From Clostridia bacterium (lineage in GTDB: Bacteria > Bacillota > Peptococcia > DRI-13 > SM3-B62): 64,000 bases of DNA. This document shows positions 63,683-64,000 of this stretch, one piece after another. The stretch lies in contig JAHDQS010000006.1 of the NCBI GenBank assembly GCA_018433675.1, positions 66,425 to 130,424 of the forward strand. Reading direction: 5' to 3'. The position numbers were made by a program, and so were the translations under genes. Under the pieces are notes generated by a model. That model saw only the letters and a program-made list of their open reading frames with translations, searched no databases and was not told the origin of the DNA. How positions within the stretch are numbered: the first letter of the stretch is position 1; each line of letters opens with the position of its first letter.

Positions 63683-64000
63683 TTATATAAGTCCTGTAAA
63701 TCCCATAAAGGCTATTGACATCAAGGCGGCAGTGATCAAGGAAATCGGCAGCCCTTTAAGGCTGGCAGGAATATCGGCATCCTCAAGCCTTTCTCTGATG
63801 CCCGCCATCAAAACCAAAGCCAAAGTAAAACCGATGGCATTGGCAAAGCTGTTAACGACTGAGTCAAGAAAACCGTATGTCTTTTGGATATTGAGAATTG
63901 AAACACCTAGTACCGCACAGTTAGTAGTTATTAAAGGTAAATAGACACCCAGCGCCTTATATAAATCAGGGCTTGTTTTCTTAACCACCATTTCCACAAA
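63683..64000 (-). CDS. rnfA: Rnf complex subunit A, 3' part (gene continues beyond the window end)
   Basis: C-terminal sequence [17 protein letters not shown] ... is typical of RnfA/NqrE-type subunits. Directly upstream of rnfB. Confidence 0.85.
   Translation of the reverse strand, partial: FVEMVVKKTSPDLYKALGVYLPLITTNCAVLGVSILNIQKTYGFLDSVVNSFANAIGFTLALVLMAGIRERLEDADIPASLKGLPISLITAALMSIAFMGFTGLI

Overview
This 64 kb window comes from the chromosome of an endospore-forming Firmicute that looks Clostridia-like. Gene order closely follows the classical B. subtilis layout: dacF-spoIIAA-spoIIAB-sigF, pdp-deoB-xerD, spoIIM, spo0A-spoIVB-recN-argR, tlyA-dxs-ispA-xseBA-folD-nusB, asp23 cluster, spoIIIAA-AH, efp-pepP-aroQ, tldD/pmbA, pilT, aroE/aroK-yqeG, sigK, and the end of an rnf cluster. 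There are about 75 protein genes, nearly all on the minus strand. Only three units lie on the plus strand: a GH26-like gene, a NuoE/NuoF/[FeFe]-hydrogenase operon, and a small MCP-like gene. I saw no rRNA, tRNA, CRISPR array, transposase or integrase. Several patches fall outside the core synteny. (i) 1-7750 is a visibly AT-rich block. It carries a sensor kinase, a sigma-54 activator and an orphan betaine-type binding protein. A textbook -24/-12 promoter with a 38-bp perfect palindrome precedes an alpha/beta-hydrolase-fold protein that lacks its nucleophile Ser, a GltS-like carrier and a lipoprotein CN-hydrolase. (ii) A pair of activase-less dehydratase-like paralogs sits where spoVA follows sigF in Bacillus, behind a forespore-type promoter match. 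(iii) A membrane-anchored PD-(D/E)xK-like gene, a GH26-like gene and a YbaK-like gene are inserted between nadK and tlyA. (iv) The hydrogenase operon has a minimal NuoF-like subunit and a TSCSPGW (Cys-to-Ser) H-cluster motif. (v) An AT-rich hicBA pair lies between two terminators. (vi) An EndoIII-like gene is wedged between tldD and pmbA. (vii) Shikimate kinase is duplicated in tandem, with one copy fused in frame to aroE. (viii) A GC-rich HTH-Fic + DUF188 cassette lies next to an intact sigK, bracketed by a 24-bp perfect direct repeat. None of these is a proven new system. The sigma-54 island, the sigF-adjacent paralog pair and the repeat-bracketed Fic cassette are the best leads. All family assignments come from reading motifs by eye, with no searches run.
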